Origin: Bacteriovoracaceae bacterium
GTDB lineage: Bacteria; Bdellovibrionota; Bacteriovoracia; Bacteriovoracales; Bacteriovoracaceae
DNA: 64,000 nt
Assembly: GCA_965217035.1 (NCBI GenBank)
Contig: OZ244226.1
Span: 682,001-746,000, forward strand
Direction of reading: 5' to 3'
This document shows, in pieces, positions 18,545-28,079 of the stretch (position 1 is the first letter of the stretch; every line of letters starts with the position of its first letter). Made by a program: the position numbers and the translations under genes. The notes beneath the pieces were generated by a model. It had not been told where the DNA came from and did no database searches. It saw only the letters and a list, made by a program, of their open reading frames with translations.

Positions 18545-19260
18545 TAAAAAAAAGAATTATTCTATTTCTTATCGTTGCAGGAGTTTTAAGTCTGTATAAG
18601 CACTTTCAAGAATCGAAAGAAGAAGTGGCTCACAAAAGTAAACCTATTGAAGTGAAAAAAGATTTTAAACGACAACCTGCGAGCATAAAAAAACTCAAGC
18701 TCAAAGAGCTTCATTCAGACCAAGCACATTTCAATCAACTCTATCCACCTCCTCAATCGAGTCGGAATGTTGCTGCCATTGTCGATCGCTTTGATAATTT
18801 TGATCAAGTCAAAAAAAGTTATAAAGTTAATGATCATCAAATTCAAGTCGGAGATATTCTCCTTCATGAGAGTGAATACCTAACTCATCCTGATGATGGA
18901 ACATTTAATGCAGATCTTGGAGAGGTGGTTAAAACGATCAATGGCTACTTAGTTTATGAACCTAAAGATAAAGTTGATCCTAAATCAAATAACCATCTTT
19001 ATATTGACCAGCTTACTTGGCAACCAACTATCATTACTGGTAAGTTATTCGTCAAATATCCAGAAGGCTCTGCTTCTGATGTTGCAAATAAACTTAAAGA
19101 TCAGGGTCATAGAATTACCTTTCACCATGAGAATATTCGACGCTATGAAGTCCGAGTGAAAGATCGGAATAAAACTCATCAATACAAAAGAGAAATTGCA
19201 AGTGATATCCCTGGAACAAGTGTTGATTTAGAACTTAAAAGCTATGAACGTTCACATTAG
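18541..19260 (+). CDS. Membrane-anchored partner of the S8 protease, probable external chaperone/propeptide-like protein
   Basis: Overlaps the protease stop by 4 nt; N-terminal anchor; C-terminal ITGKLFVKY...YEVRV...VDLELKSYERSH. Confidence 0.55.
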   Translation: MIKKRIILFLIVAGVLSLYKHFQESKEEVAHKSKPIEVKKDFKRQPASIKKLKLKELHSDQAHFNQLYPPPQSSRNVAAIVDRFDNFDQVKKSYKVNDHQIQVGDILLHESEYLTHPDDGTFNADLGEVVKTINGYLVYEPKDKVDPKSNNHLYIDQLTWQPTIITGKLFVKYPEGSASDVANKLKDQGHRITFHHENIRRYEVRVKDRNKTHQYKREIASDIPGTSVDLELKSYERSH

Positions 19261-20162
19261 AAAAAGCTTTGATAACCTACTGCAAACTTTATCCGAACAA
19301 GATTAGCATTATTATCAGTTCCATCTTTTGATTCTCTAATACTGACACCATCAACAATAATCTCAGTACTTATACCCTTGCTAGTTCCTTTTACAGGCAT
19401 AAGAATCCCCGCGGTTAATCGTGGAATTGAAATTGTATGCCCCTCTGTCTTAACAGTAGCAAATTCAGTGCTGCTTAAGCCTACTCCCATACCTATTCCA
19501 AAATAAGGAATATTATCGCTCTCTTTAGTTCCTGTTAACTGAAAAACAAACTCAGCCGTTATTTCAGTGACATTTATTGTATTAGAATCCGTTGTTGTTT
19601 TTAAGGCGCCCGTCGAAAAACCAATACCTGGAGCGAAGTGTACCCCCTTCGAAATAGGTAAAAAGTAAGCAAAATTTAAACCAAAATCAGTCATTTGCTC
19701 TAAATCATCTGAACTTATTAATGTATAGGTAGAACTTACTTGAGAACCAAAATGAATATCAATATTGTACCCTGATAACTTCTTTTCTTTTATTTCCTTT
19801 TTTAGAGTCTCTTTTTCTTTAATAATTTTTTTTATATTTTTTTTACTATAAAACCTCTGTTGCCTTGTTAAGAGATTTTCATAGTTTTGAAAAAGAAGCT
19901 GCTCTCCTTGAAAGAAAGGAGTCACAATATCTTTTGAAGCTAATTCCCATTCAATGGAATTACGATCATAAGAAACAACTCTCACTTTCGCTGAAAAATT
20001 ATCAGTTGATAAAAGTCCTGGCATTCCCTCAAAAACTTCAATAGCATACTCTCGAGTTGTTGTGAAAGTTTGCTCATCTCCTTCATGAACTTCAAGAACC
20101 TCTAAATAACGATTTGCAAAAAGCTGAGGACATAAGAACAGAAAAATAAAAACCAATCTCAT
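19257..20162 (-). CDS. Outer-membrane beta-barrel protein with an N-terminal domain
   Basis: Signal peptide; PYFGIGMGVG; C-terminal FAVGYQSFF. Confidence 0.75.
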   Translation of the reverse strand: MRLVFIFLFLCPQLFANRYLEVLEVHEGDEQTFTTTREYAIEVFEGMPGLLSTDNFSAKVRVVSYDRNSIEWELASKDIVTPFFQGEQLLFQNYENLLTRQQRFYSKKNIKKIIKEKETLKKEIKEKKLSGYNIDIHFGSQVSSTYTLISSDDLEQMTDFGLNFAYFLPISKGVHFAPGIGFSTGALKTTTDSNTINVTEITAEFVFQLTGTKESDNIPYFGIGMGVGLSSTEFATVKTEGHTISIPRLTAGILMPVKGTSKGISTEIIVDGVSIRESKDGTDNNANLVRIKFAVGYQSFF

Positions 20163-20206
20163 AAAGAAATTTTGCCTGGGGAAATAAACTCTGTAAAACG
20201 AACGAA

Positions 20207-21112
20207 CTAGTCTTCAGAGAGACCGATACCCGATTGTTTGAGTAGATTATACCAACAATCAAAAGCTCGCGTCGTGCTGTAATCATAACCTTGAGAGAGG
20301 AAGGTTCTCTCAATTCCATCACCGAAAGATGGATACATTATATTTTCATAAGAATTAAAAGTGATTCCCGATTCAACCGAGTTTGTCGATTGCGAGCGAG
20401 GATCAATAAAGTACATGAAATCATAATCACATCGGTCAGGAAGAACTCCTCCTAAGCCAAGTAATTCATTAAAAGAATAAAGACCAGAGACGGGAGCACT
20501 CTGACTATAGGTTCTCGCAGAATGATGAAGTCCAACATTATGACCAAGCTCATGGGCATAAATACCAGCGAAAAACTCGATGTTTGTTGAATGTTGCAAT
20601 AATAAACCTGAACGAAAATCTTCAGGATTGACCCAAAGCTTCGCAACACCACGGCAACTATCAGCGAGGTCATTAACAAAGACAAAAGTTAAGGAGTCCT
20701 GTTTTCCATAAAGACCCATGACATTGTCCAGAAAATTACATTCAGTATTATAGTAAAGGTCATCAATAACTTCCTCGACAGTATTTACAACAAATTTCAA
20801 ATGCCTATGACCATGTGAGATGAAATGAAGATTCAGAGAGTCGACTGTTCGATCAGCATCATTATTTGCATTAAAAGAAAGTTGTTCACTTGATGAGTTA
20901 ATAAAAACAAAAGAGATTTCTACGCTTTGTTTGTTTTCATCAGCATCATACCCACCTTGAATCGCTTCTCCGAAACATTCTGCAGGATCAACCGATTGGC
21001 AAAAGGCGGACGCATCTGATGTCTCTGAGTTTTGGTCGATATTTCTTTTGTCTTGAGCAGCAAGACACGAAGTTAATAGCAAAATAAAAACTACGTTGAT
21101 GGTATTTTCCAT
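20207..21112 (-). CDS. Lipoprotein zinc metalloprotease (metzincin, M43-like)
   Basis: Lipobox LLTSC; HELGHNVGLHH; Met-turn ENIMYP. Confidence 0.85.
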   Translation of the reverse strand: MENTINVVFILLLTSCLAAQDKRNIDQNSETSDASAFCQSVDPAECFGEAIQGGYDADENKQSVEISFVFINSSSEQLSFNANNDADRTVDSLNLHFISHGHRHLKFVVNTVEEVIDDLYYNTECNFLDNVMGLYGKQDSLTFVFVNDLADSCRGVAKLWVNPEDFRSGLLLQHSTNIEFFAGIYAHELGHNVGLHHSARTYSQSAPVSGLYSFNELLGLGGVLPDRCDYDFMYFIDPRSQSTNSVESGITFNSYENIMYPSFGDGIERTFLSQGYDYSTTRAFDCWYNLLKQSGIGLSED

Positions 21113-21119
21113 AGCTCTA

Positions 21120-21127
21120 TTATCGGT
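21120..21127 (-). promoter_or_regulatory. sigma28-like -10 box ACCGATAA
   Basis: 7/8 match to GCCGATAA, 7 nt before the ATG at 21112. Confidence 0.5.
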
Positions 21128-21231
21128 AATTTTGATAAAAAGCTGGAATCAAATCTATAAGTTATTGAAATTAAAGAATTTGTAATTTAAAACTTTGTCA
21201 ATCTAGCTTGGCTATCAGGTCTCGAAATCCA

Positions 21232-22323
21232 CTATCTAAGGACTTCTTCAAAGATAAGTTTTTGGCTTTCATTTGCAGATTGGGCCCTAGGTAATTCTTT
21301 TTGATTCAGTTCATGGAGCACTTCCAGAAGATCAGTATCAGTTAACTCATCTTCTTCGATGACTTTCCCACGTACAACCTTTAAAGCTTCAACAGCATTA
21401 TGATATTGTTCGTTTCTTTGAGCAATCTTAAGAGGAATGAAAAGAACCTTGCTCTGAAGGGCCATAAGCTCAGAGACGGTTCCTGCTCCAGCTCGACAAA
21501 TAATCGTATCTGAAGCTTTTAAAAGATCAGGAAACTCTTCTCCAATAAACGCAACAGGAAAATAGAAACCATTTTTCAAACCTTCATACTCTTTTAAGAA
21601 CTTTTTTCCTGTTTGATGTATCACTATGTAATCTTTCGTAAGCTTCTCTAAGTTTTCAGCTATCAATTGGTTAAGCTTTAAAGCACCATTCCCACCACCT
21701 GTAATGAAAAGAATCTTTTTCGAGGGACTTTCTAAATCGATACCTTGGAAGCTCTTATACTGAAGTTCTTTATTATGGAATGAATCTCTTAAAGGATACC
21801 CAACAACCAAAGACTTCTCTTTGGGGAAAAAAACTTTAGAAGATTCAAAAGAAAGAAAAACTTTATCAGCAAGTTTTGCGATAATTTTGTTTGCAAGCCC
21901 AACTCTTGTCGTTTGTTCGTGGAGATAAACTTTTTTACCGAGTAGTTTTCCTGCGATAGCAGCGGGAACAGAAACAAATCCTCCCGTTGAAAAAATAATA
22001 TTTGCTTTTCTCAATCGCGTAAGAAATAAGAAGAAGCTTTGAATAATTCCCCAACTCACCTTAAAAATATCAAGGAGATTTTGAAAACTAAAATATCTTC
22101 GAAGTTTCCCGGTCGTAACCGCGTAATAAGGAACTTTATGCTTCTCACATAGCTCTCTTTCCAACCCTTGAGTACTCCCAACATAAGAGATATTGTCCTG
22201 CCCTTGTGATCGGAAATAATCAATTAGGGTCATTGCGACAACGGAATGCCCGCCACTCCCACCACCAGTAAAAACGATACTTTTTTTCTTCCTCTTTTCC
22301 TCTTTGGATGTGTCAAACTTCAT
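21232..22323 (-). CDS. murG: MurG glycosyltransferase (GT28)
   Basis: FTGGGSGGH, TGKLRRY, TGGFVSVP, HEQ, CRAGAGT, EQYHNA. Confidence 0.9.
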   Translation of the reverse strand: MKFDTSKEEKRKKKSIVFTGGGSGGHSVVAMTLIDYFRSQGQDNISYVGSTQGLERELCEKHKVPYYAVTTGKLRRYFSFQNLLDIFKVSWGIIQSFFLFLTRLRKANIIFSTGGFVSVPAAIAGKLLGKKVYLHEQTTRVGLANKIIAKLADKVFLSFESSKVFFPKEKSLVVGYPLRDSFHNKELQYKSFQGIDLESPSKKILFITGGGNGALKLNQLIAENLEKLTKDYIVIHQTGKKFLKEYEGLKNGFYFPVAFIGEEFPDLLKASDTIICRAGAGTVSELMALQSKVLFIPLKIAQRNEQYHNAVEALKVVRGKVIEEDELTDTDLLEVLHELNQKELPRAQSANESQKLIFEEVLR

Positions 22324-22412
22324 TGTTCACTCCCTGCGACGTACCAAAACGTACACTCGGGATCTCGAACTCGTTTTCCTTTCCAAAGGAAAAAAGAATT
22401 TGAAAAGATTTC
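22280..22412 (-). repeat. ERIC-like palindromic element, copy A, overlapping the murG 5' end (ends approximate)
   Basis: Minus-strand core GAGTGTAC-GTTTTG-GTACGTCGCA; nested arms TCCC/GGGA, GTTC/GAAC, AAAC/GTTT, TTCTTTTTTCCTTTGGA/TCCAAAGAGGAAAAGAGGAA. Confidence 0.75.
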
Positions 22413-22559
22413 TTATTTTCCACTCGGTCGGTAGTCCTTTTTGTGAACCTGATACTTTGTTCCCTCTAAGACCTTGTCATAATGACTCGACATTCTCGTC
22501 CACATAAGGGCGGTGACGACTCCCATGAATAAAAAGAACCAGAAAACTTCGCTATTCAT
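22413..22559 (-). CDS. Small single-TM protein, 48 aa (not in the ORF track)
   Basis: MNSEVFWFFLFMGVVTALMWTRMSSHYDKVLEGTKYQVHKKDYRPSGK; starts 8 nt after the upstream stop. Confidence 0.5.
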   Translation of the reverse strand: MNSEVFWFFLFMGVVTALMWTRMSSHYDKVLEGTKYQVHKKDYRPSGK

Positions 22560-22567
22560 TAACTTTT

Positions 22568-24505
22568 TCATAAGTACTGTTGATACTCCTTAAGACATTC
22601 AGGATTTGCCATTGCTTCAACATTATCAAGCTGACGACCATTTAAGAGTCTTGTAATGGCAAGCTCCATTTTTTTTCCACTTCTAGTGTAAGGAATCCCG
22701 GTAACTTTATAAACAAACTTAGGCACATGTCTTGGAGTTGTGTGATTTCGAATCATTGTTTTAATCTCTTTCGTAAGATCCTCAGTTAGTTTTGTCTCAC
22801 TGCTTCGAAATTTTACAAAAAGAACGACGTCCACATCTCCGTCTTCGGTCTTCTTTCCAACACAAAGGGTATCGTCAATATATTCCAATTTCTCAGTTTG
22901 ACGATAGATCTCTCCTGTTCCTATCCTGACTCCCCCAGGATTAAGAGTGGCATCAGAACGACCAAAGACCCTAACTGTCATGTCACTTGTGATTGTGATA
23001 AAATCTCCATGATGCCAAGTATTTTCGAACCGACTAAAATAAGCTCTGATAATTTTCTGCTTGTCTTCATCATCCAAAAAATAAATCGGTTGGCTAATAA
23101 AAGGCTTACGACAAACAAGTTCTCCTTCTGAATCAAAAATAAGCTTTCCTTGTGAATCAAGACAGGCTACATCCATCCCCAAACCAAGACATTGAATTTC
23201 ACCGCGATAAACCTTCCTTGTAGGCGAACCTAACATAAAACAAGAAATAATATCAGTTCCACCACAAATACTTGCGATTTGAATATTCTTTTTAATTGTT
23301 TGGATATAATCAAACTGCTCCGGCAACAAAGGAGCTCCAGTAGAGAGAATTGCTCGCAGGTTTTCGAACTTCGATTCATTTTCCCAATTATGAGTTTCTA
23401 ATGCTCGAAGAAACTTAGGACTTGTTCCCCAAATATGAATTCCCTCTTCATCGATCCACTTCATAAGATTGCCAAGACTCGGATAACCAGGCGATCCCTC
23501 ATAGAGAACAACCTCAGCTCCTACTGCAAGGCCACTCACAAGCCAGTTCCACATCATCCAACCACAAGTGGTAAAATAGAATAATTTCTCTTGAGGTCTA
23601 ACATCAGTATGAAGAGCTAATTCTTTCCAATGTTGAAGTAATGTTCCTCCTACTCCATGAACAATACACTTTGGTTTTCCTGTAGTCCCCGAAGAATACA
23701 TAATATAGAGAGGTGAATTAAACTCAACCTTTTCAAAAGTAAGATTTCCAAAAGATTGAAGATCATCCCAAAAAAGAACATCATCATTTTTAAGAGCAGA
23801 TTTCTCATCAGGACTTAATTTGCCAAGAAAGTCGACATAGATCACTTTCTCGATGCTTGGAATTTTTTCTTTGACTTCAGAGACTTTATCGATGAGATCA
23901 AAATATTTTCCGTTATACTCATAACCCGTGACTGTCACCAAAATTTTAGGCTTCGATTGGCTGAAACGATCAAGGACTCCTTGAATGCCAAAATCTGAAC
24001 TTGTTGAAGTAAAAACTCCTCCAAGTGAAGTTGCACCAAGCATGGCCATAACTGTCTCTGGAATATTAGGCATATAACAAGCAAGGACATCTTGTTTCTT
24101 AAAACCAATACCTTCTAAATAACTTTGAACTCTATTGGTTTCCTCTTTTAAGTTTGAATAAGAGATTTTTTTTATCTTTCCCGACTCATGACGAAAGTTT
24201 AGAGCAATATGAGAGTTATCGCCCTTGGAAAGAAGATTTTCAGCAAAGTTGAGCTTCACATTTGGAAACCAAGGATAATCTAAAAAACTTTGCTCCTTCG
24301 CGATAGGTCGGTCCTCTCCCTCTCTAATAGGATTGTAGTAGTGAAGGATTTCTTCCCAAAAGAATTCAGTGTTCTCAACAGACCAACGATGAAAATCTTT
24401 ATAACCTGAAAAACTCTGCGCATGATTCTTGGCTACATGTTCTTGAAACTGAAACATTTGAGTTTGTTCAGTATTCCTAGGCTCCCAAAGAACTTTTCTT
24501 TCCAT
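22568..24505 (-). CDS. Acetoacetate--CoA ligase
   Basis: YSSGTTGKPKCIVH, FTTCGWMMWNWL, GRSDATLNPGGVRIG. Confidence 0.95.
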   Translation of the reverse strand: MERKVLWEPRNTEQTQMFQFQEHVAKNHAQSFSGYKDFHRWSVENTEFFWEEILHYYNPIREGEDRPIAKEQSFLDYPWFPNVKLNFAENLLSKGDNSHIALNFRHESGKIKKISYSNLKEETNRVQSYLEGIGFKKQDVLACYMPNIPETVMAMLGATSLGGVFTSTSSDFGIQGVLDRFSQSKPKILVTVTGYEYNGKYFDLIDKVSEVKEKIPSIEKVIYVDFLGKLSPDEKSALKNDDVLFWDDLQSFGNLTFEKVEFNSPLYIMYSSGTTGKPKCIVHGVGGTLLQHWKELALHTDVRPQEKLFYFTTCGWMMWNWLVSGLAVGAEVVLYEGSPGYPSLGNLMKWIDEEGIHIWGTSPKFLRALETHNWENESKFENLRAILSTGAPLLPEQFDYIQTIKKNIQIASICGGTDIISCFMLGSPTRKVYRGEIQCLGLGMDVACLDSQGKLIFDSEGELVCRKPFISQPIYFLDDEDKQKIIRAYFSRFENTWHHGDFITITSDMTVRVFGRSDATLNPGGVRIGTGEIYRQTEKLEYIDDTLCVGKKTEDGDVDVVLFVKFRSSETKLTEDLTKEIKTMIRNHTTPRHVPKFVYKVTGIPYTRSGKKMELAITRLLNGRQLDNVEAMANPECLKEYQQYL

Positions 24506-24507
24506 AA

Positions 24508-26208
24508 TTATCCCTGAAATTGCTCTTCAAGTTTCTTAATCACTTCTTTATCAACCTTTGGAACTAATCCTTTCGGCTTTTTAACAATCTTTAATGGTTT
24601 AGAACTTAAGTACTCACCAAACTTAGAGAAATTTCCTTGGTAGATCGCATGAAGAACATCTTCGTTATTAAGATCATCTTCAAAATGAGATCGGATATTA
24701 GAAGCTAGACTTGGAAGAAAAGCGGAGAAGTAACACCCTAATAAAAAGACAGTTGCAGATGCGTGATACAAAGTTTCTCGAGCATGAGCTTCGTCTTCTT
24801 TGATCTTTGCCCAAGGTTCACGATCAGAGAAATAGCTATTCGCTGCAAATCCCATTCCCATAAGCGCCTCGATAGCCTTTTTGAATTGCGTATTATCAAG
24901 AGCTTCATGATATTCTTTTATCTTTGGCTCTATGTTTTTAAAAAGATCACTTTCGAGATAATGAGAAAAACCTTCCGAAGTAACACCTTCCTCATAGTTT
25001 TTAACATAAAACTTCAAACAACGGTTAATGAAGTTTCCAATATTATTAGCAAGCTCGTTATTGATTTTCACTTCAAATCCATTCCAAGTAAAACTTGAGT
25101 CTTGCATCTCTGGAATAAGACTTGCGAGATAAAACCTTAAAGCATCATCTCCAAATTGTTCGACGGCCTCATCAGCATCAACATACCAACCTTGAGACTT
25201 TGAGAATTGCTTTCCAAAAAGATTAACATACTGATTAGCAGGAAGCTCATCGACTGTTTTAACTTCATCACTTATCATACTCATGATTGGAAAAATCAAA
25301 GCATGAAAAATAATATTATCTTTACCAATAAAGTGAGTAAGAACAGTTTCATCGTTCTTCCACCAGTCTTTGATATAATCTTCGTCTGAATTCTCTAAAA
25401 GTTTCTTAGTATTACTTACATAACCTATTGGTGCATCAAACCACACATAAAGCTTCTTCCCTTTTGCTTCTTCTAACGGAACATCAATTCCCCAATCAAG
25501 ATCTCGAGTAATCGCACGGTCAACTAAACCTTCTTTAACCAAGGACTCAACGTAAGGATGAACCGTTTTTTTCCAATGAGACTTTGTAGCCAACCAGGTT
25601 TTAAACTCTTTTTCATACTTCGTAAGTTTTAGATACCACTGGAAAGCATCAACGACCTTGATATTATGACTTCCACAAAACTTGCATTCAGGATCTTTCA
25701 ATTTGATAGGATCAATCCACGTTCCACAATTTGGACATTCATCTCCTCTTGCATGTTCGTAACCACAAACATAACAAGTTCCTTCTACAAACCGATCAGG
25801 GAGAAAGTTTTTACAGTCCTGGCATTGTAATTGTTGTTCTTCATCTTTTTCGATCGCACCTTTTTTATAAAGATTATCAAACCACTTGAGAGTTTCTTCT
25901 CTGTGATAATCAGCAGAAGTTTGTCCGAAGAAGTCGAACTCGATATTATACTTATCAAAAAGTGCTTTGTGAGTTTCGTGCCAACCATCAACATACTCTT
26001 TATAAGGTTTATCAGCCTTCTGAGCATTCATCATAATTGCAACGCCATGTTCATCTGATCCAGAAATATGAAGAACTTTGTGCCCTTGAAGTTTTCGGTG
26101 GCGAGTGTAGATATCAGCGGGAAGATACACGCCAGCGATATGCCCAAAATGAAGAGGCCCATTTCCATACGGAAGAGCAGAAGTAATAAGAAAGCGCTTA
26201 GAGCTCAT
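24508..26208 (-). CDS. metG: Methionine--tRNA ligase, short form
   Basis: ITSALPYGNGPLHFGH, zinc-knuckle CxxC pairs, YVWFDAP, FSKS; no C-terminal tRNA-binding domain. Confidence 0.97.
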   Translation of the reverse strand: MSSKRFLITSALPYGNGPLHFGHIAGVYLPADIYTRHRKLQGHKVLHISGSDEHGVAIMMNAQKADKPYKEYVDGWHETHKALFDKYNIEFDFFGQTSADYHREETLKWFDNLYKKGAIEKDEEQQLQCQDCKNFLPDRFVEGTCYVCGYEHARGDECPNCGTWIDPIKLKDPECKFCGSHNIKVVDAFQWYLKLTKYEKEFKTWLATKSHWKKTVHPYVESLVKEGLVDRAITRDLDWGIDVPLEEAKGKKLYVWFDAPIGYVSNTKKLLENSDEDYIKDWWKNDETVLTHFIGKDNIIFHALIFPIMSMISDEVKTVDELPANQYVNLFGKQFSKSQGWYVDADEAVEQFGDDALRFYLASLIPEMQDSSFTWNGFEVKINNELANNIGNFINRCLKFYVKNYEEGVTSEGFSHYLESDLFKNIEPKIKEYHEALDNTQFKKAIEALMGMGFAANSYFSDREPWAKIKEDEAHARETLYHASATVFLLGCYFSAFLPSLASNIRSHFEDDLNNEDVLHAIYQGNFSKFGEYLSSKPLKIVKKPKGLVPKVDKEVIKKLEEQFQG

Positions 26209-26342
26209 GAAAACCTTTTGCCAGAGAGTTAAAAAACGCTTTTATATTATCAAGATCCTATGAAAGAGAACAGTGGTGCTGGTTGAGTTGACTAAAGATT
26301 TGAAACAATGTTAGAAGCAATGCAGTATTTACCGAGGTTTTC

Positions 26343-28079
26343 ATGAAATCAGTTTTGTCTTTTTTAGTTCTTTTCTCTTTCGCCGCCTGTGCTCAAAAAC
26401 CTAAAGTCACCGAGGCGATGGATACAGCGAATGAGCTCGTGGAGACCATGTTCCCCTACTATTATACAAACTTCTGTCCCAGGGGCTTCAACTTCCAGAG
26501 TCTCGAAAAAGCTCAGAAACTGATAGAAAAAACTCTCCAAACCCTAAAGCAAATTGACAAAGAAGACCTCAGCAAAGACGAAAAATACGATTACTTGATC
26601 ACCAAGGAATTCGTAGAAATGGAAAGAAAAAATTATTCTCTTAATCTTCATCTCATAAATATTCGTCATGATAGTGGTCCTCATGAACTTTACTCCATAA
26701 TGATGGAATCGAAACACTTGAGTAATGAAGAAGATTATAAAAGGTATCTTTCATGTATAAAGGAATTCCCTCAGATCCTTGAAGGTCAGATTGAGTTTAT
26801 GAAGAAATCTGTGGAACTTTCATTTCTTCAACCGCAGCTTGTTCTTAAAAAGTTTCAAAAAATTCTTAAATCTGAAGTAAAGAAAACATTTGATCAAACC
26901 CAGATTTATAAAAGATTTAATGCAAAAAAACCTGAATTCCTAACTGAAAAGAAATGGAAGGAAATAAGAGAGGAAGCAAAAGAGATTATAAATAGAGACT
27001 ATCTTGCTCCTTTAAGAAAGTTCGAAGTTTATTTTGATTCGGAATACCTACCGAAAGCTCCACAAATCTTAGGGATCTCTCAATATGGAAAGGAGTATTA
27101 CGAGTTCTTAATTCAACACCAAACAACGACGGATTTAACAGCTGATCAGATTCATAAACTCGGTCTTAGTGAAGTTAAAAGAATAAAAAAAGAAATTAAC
27201 GAAATAAAAAAAGAAATGAAATTTAAAGGAAATTTTGATGAATTCAGAGAATTCATGAAAACTGCCCCTCAATTTTTTACGAGTGATGTTGATGAATATA
27301 TTAAAGAAATTACTTATATTATGAAAATGGTTGACTCAAATATCAATCAGGTTTTCAACCGTCTTCCTCGTGCTCAATATGGTTTTAAAATCATGGATCC
27401 TGAAGTCGCCAAGTCAGCACCTGTTGCTTACTTTCAGTATGTAAAAAAGCATGACCCGAATGGATACGGAACAGGCTATTTTGTCATTAATACTCATGAA
27501 GTTCATAAGAAAGCTCTTTATAACCTTGCTGCCTTAACTCTTCATGAAGTTTCTCCTGGGCATTATCTTCATTCAGCTTTAAGTCGAGAACTAGAAGGGA
27601 AACACCCCTTTCTTTCTAAATATGGAAATGTTGCTTTTGGTGAAGGTTGGGGACTTTATGCTGAATACCTCGGAATCGACCTTGGTGTTTATAAAACTCC
27701 TGAATCAAACTTTGGTCGGCTTAATTATGAAATGTGGCGTGCGACTCGACTGGTTGTGGACACAGGAATCCATGCTTTTAACTGGACTCGAGATCAAGCG
27801 ATTCAATATATGGCCTCAAACACTTCCTTAAGCAATGAAGAAATTATTAACGAGGTCGATCGTTATATTTCGCGACCAGGTCAAGCTTTAGCCTACAAAA
27901 TCGGTGAACTTAATTTTAAAAAATTAAGAAAGGATGTCTCTAAGCATCTTGGAGAAAAATTCAATATTAGAACCTTTCATGATGCTCTTCTTGAGAGAGG
28001 AAGCTTTCCACTTAGACTTCTTAATCAATATATCTATGAGAAATTTAGAATCAAACCAAAAGATCTTCAAAAAAAGTAA
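26343..28079 (+). CDS. DUF885 family lipoprotein (putative metallopeptidase)
   Basis: Lipobox FAAC; HEVSPGH, EGWGLYAE, RLVVDTGIH, PGQALAYKIG. Confidence 0.92.
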   Translation: MKSVLSFLVLFSFAACAQKPKVTEAMDTANELVETMFPYYYTNFCPRGFNFQSLEKAQKLIEKTLQTLKQIDKEDLSKDEKYDYLITKEFVEMERKNYSLNLHLINIRHDSGPHELYSIMMESKHLSNEEDYKRYLSCIKEFPQILEGQIEFMKKSVELSFLQPQLVLKKFQKILKSEVKKTFDQTQIYKRFNAKKPEFLTEKKWKEIREEAKEIINRDYLAPLRKFEVYFDSEYLPKAPQILGISQYGKEYYEFLIQHQTTTDLTADQIHKLGLSEVKRIKKEINEIKKEMKFKGNFDEFREFMKTAPQFFTSDVDEYIKEITYIMKMVDSNINQVFNRLPRAQYGFKIMDPEVAKSAPVAYFQYVKKHDPNGYGTGYFVINTHEVHKKALYNLAALTLHEVSPGHYLHSALSRELEGKHPFLSKYGNVAFGEGWGLYAEYLGIDLGVYKTPESNFGRLNYEMWRATRLVVDTGIHAFNWTRDQAIQYMASNTSLSNEEIINEVDRYISRPGQALAYKIGELNFKKLRKDVSKHLGEKFNIRTFHDALLERGSFPLRLLNQYIYEKFRIKPKDLQKK

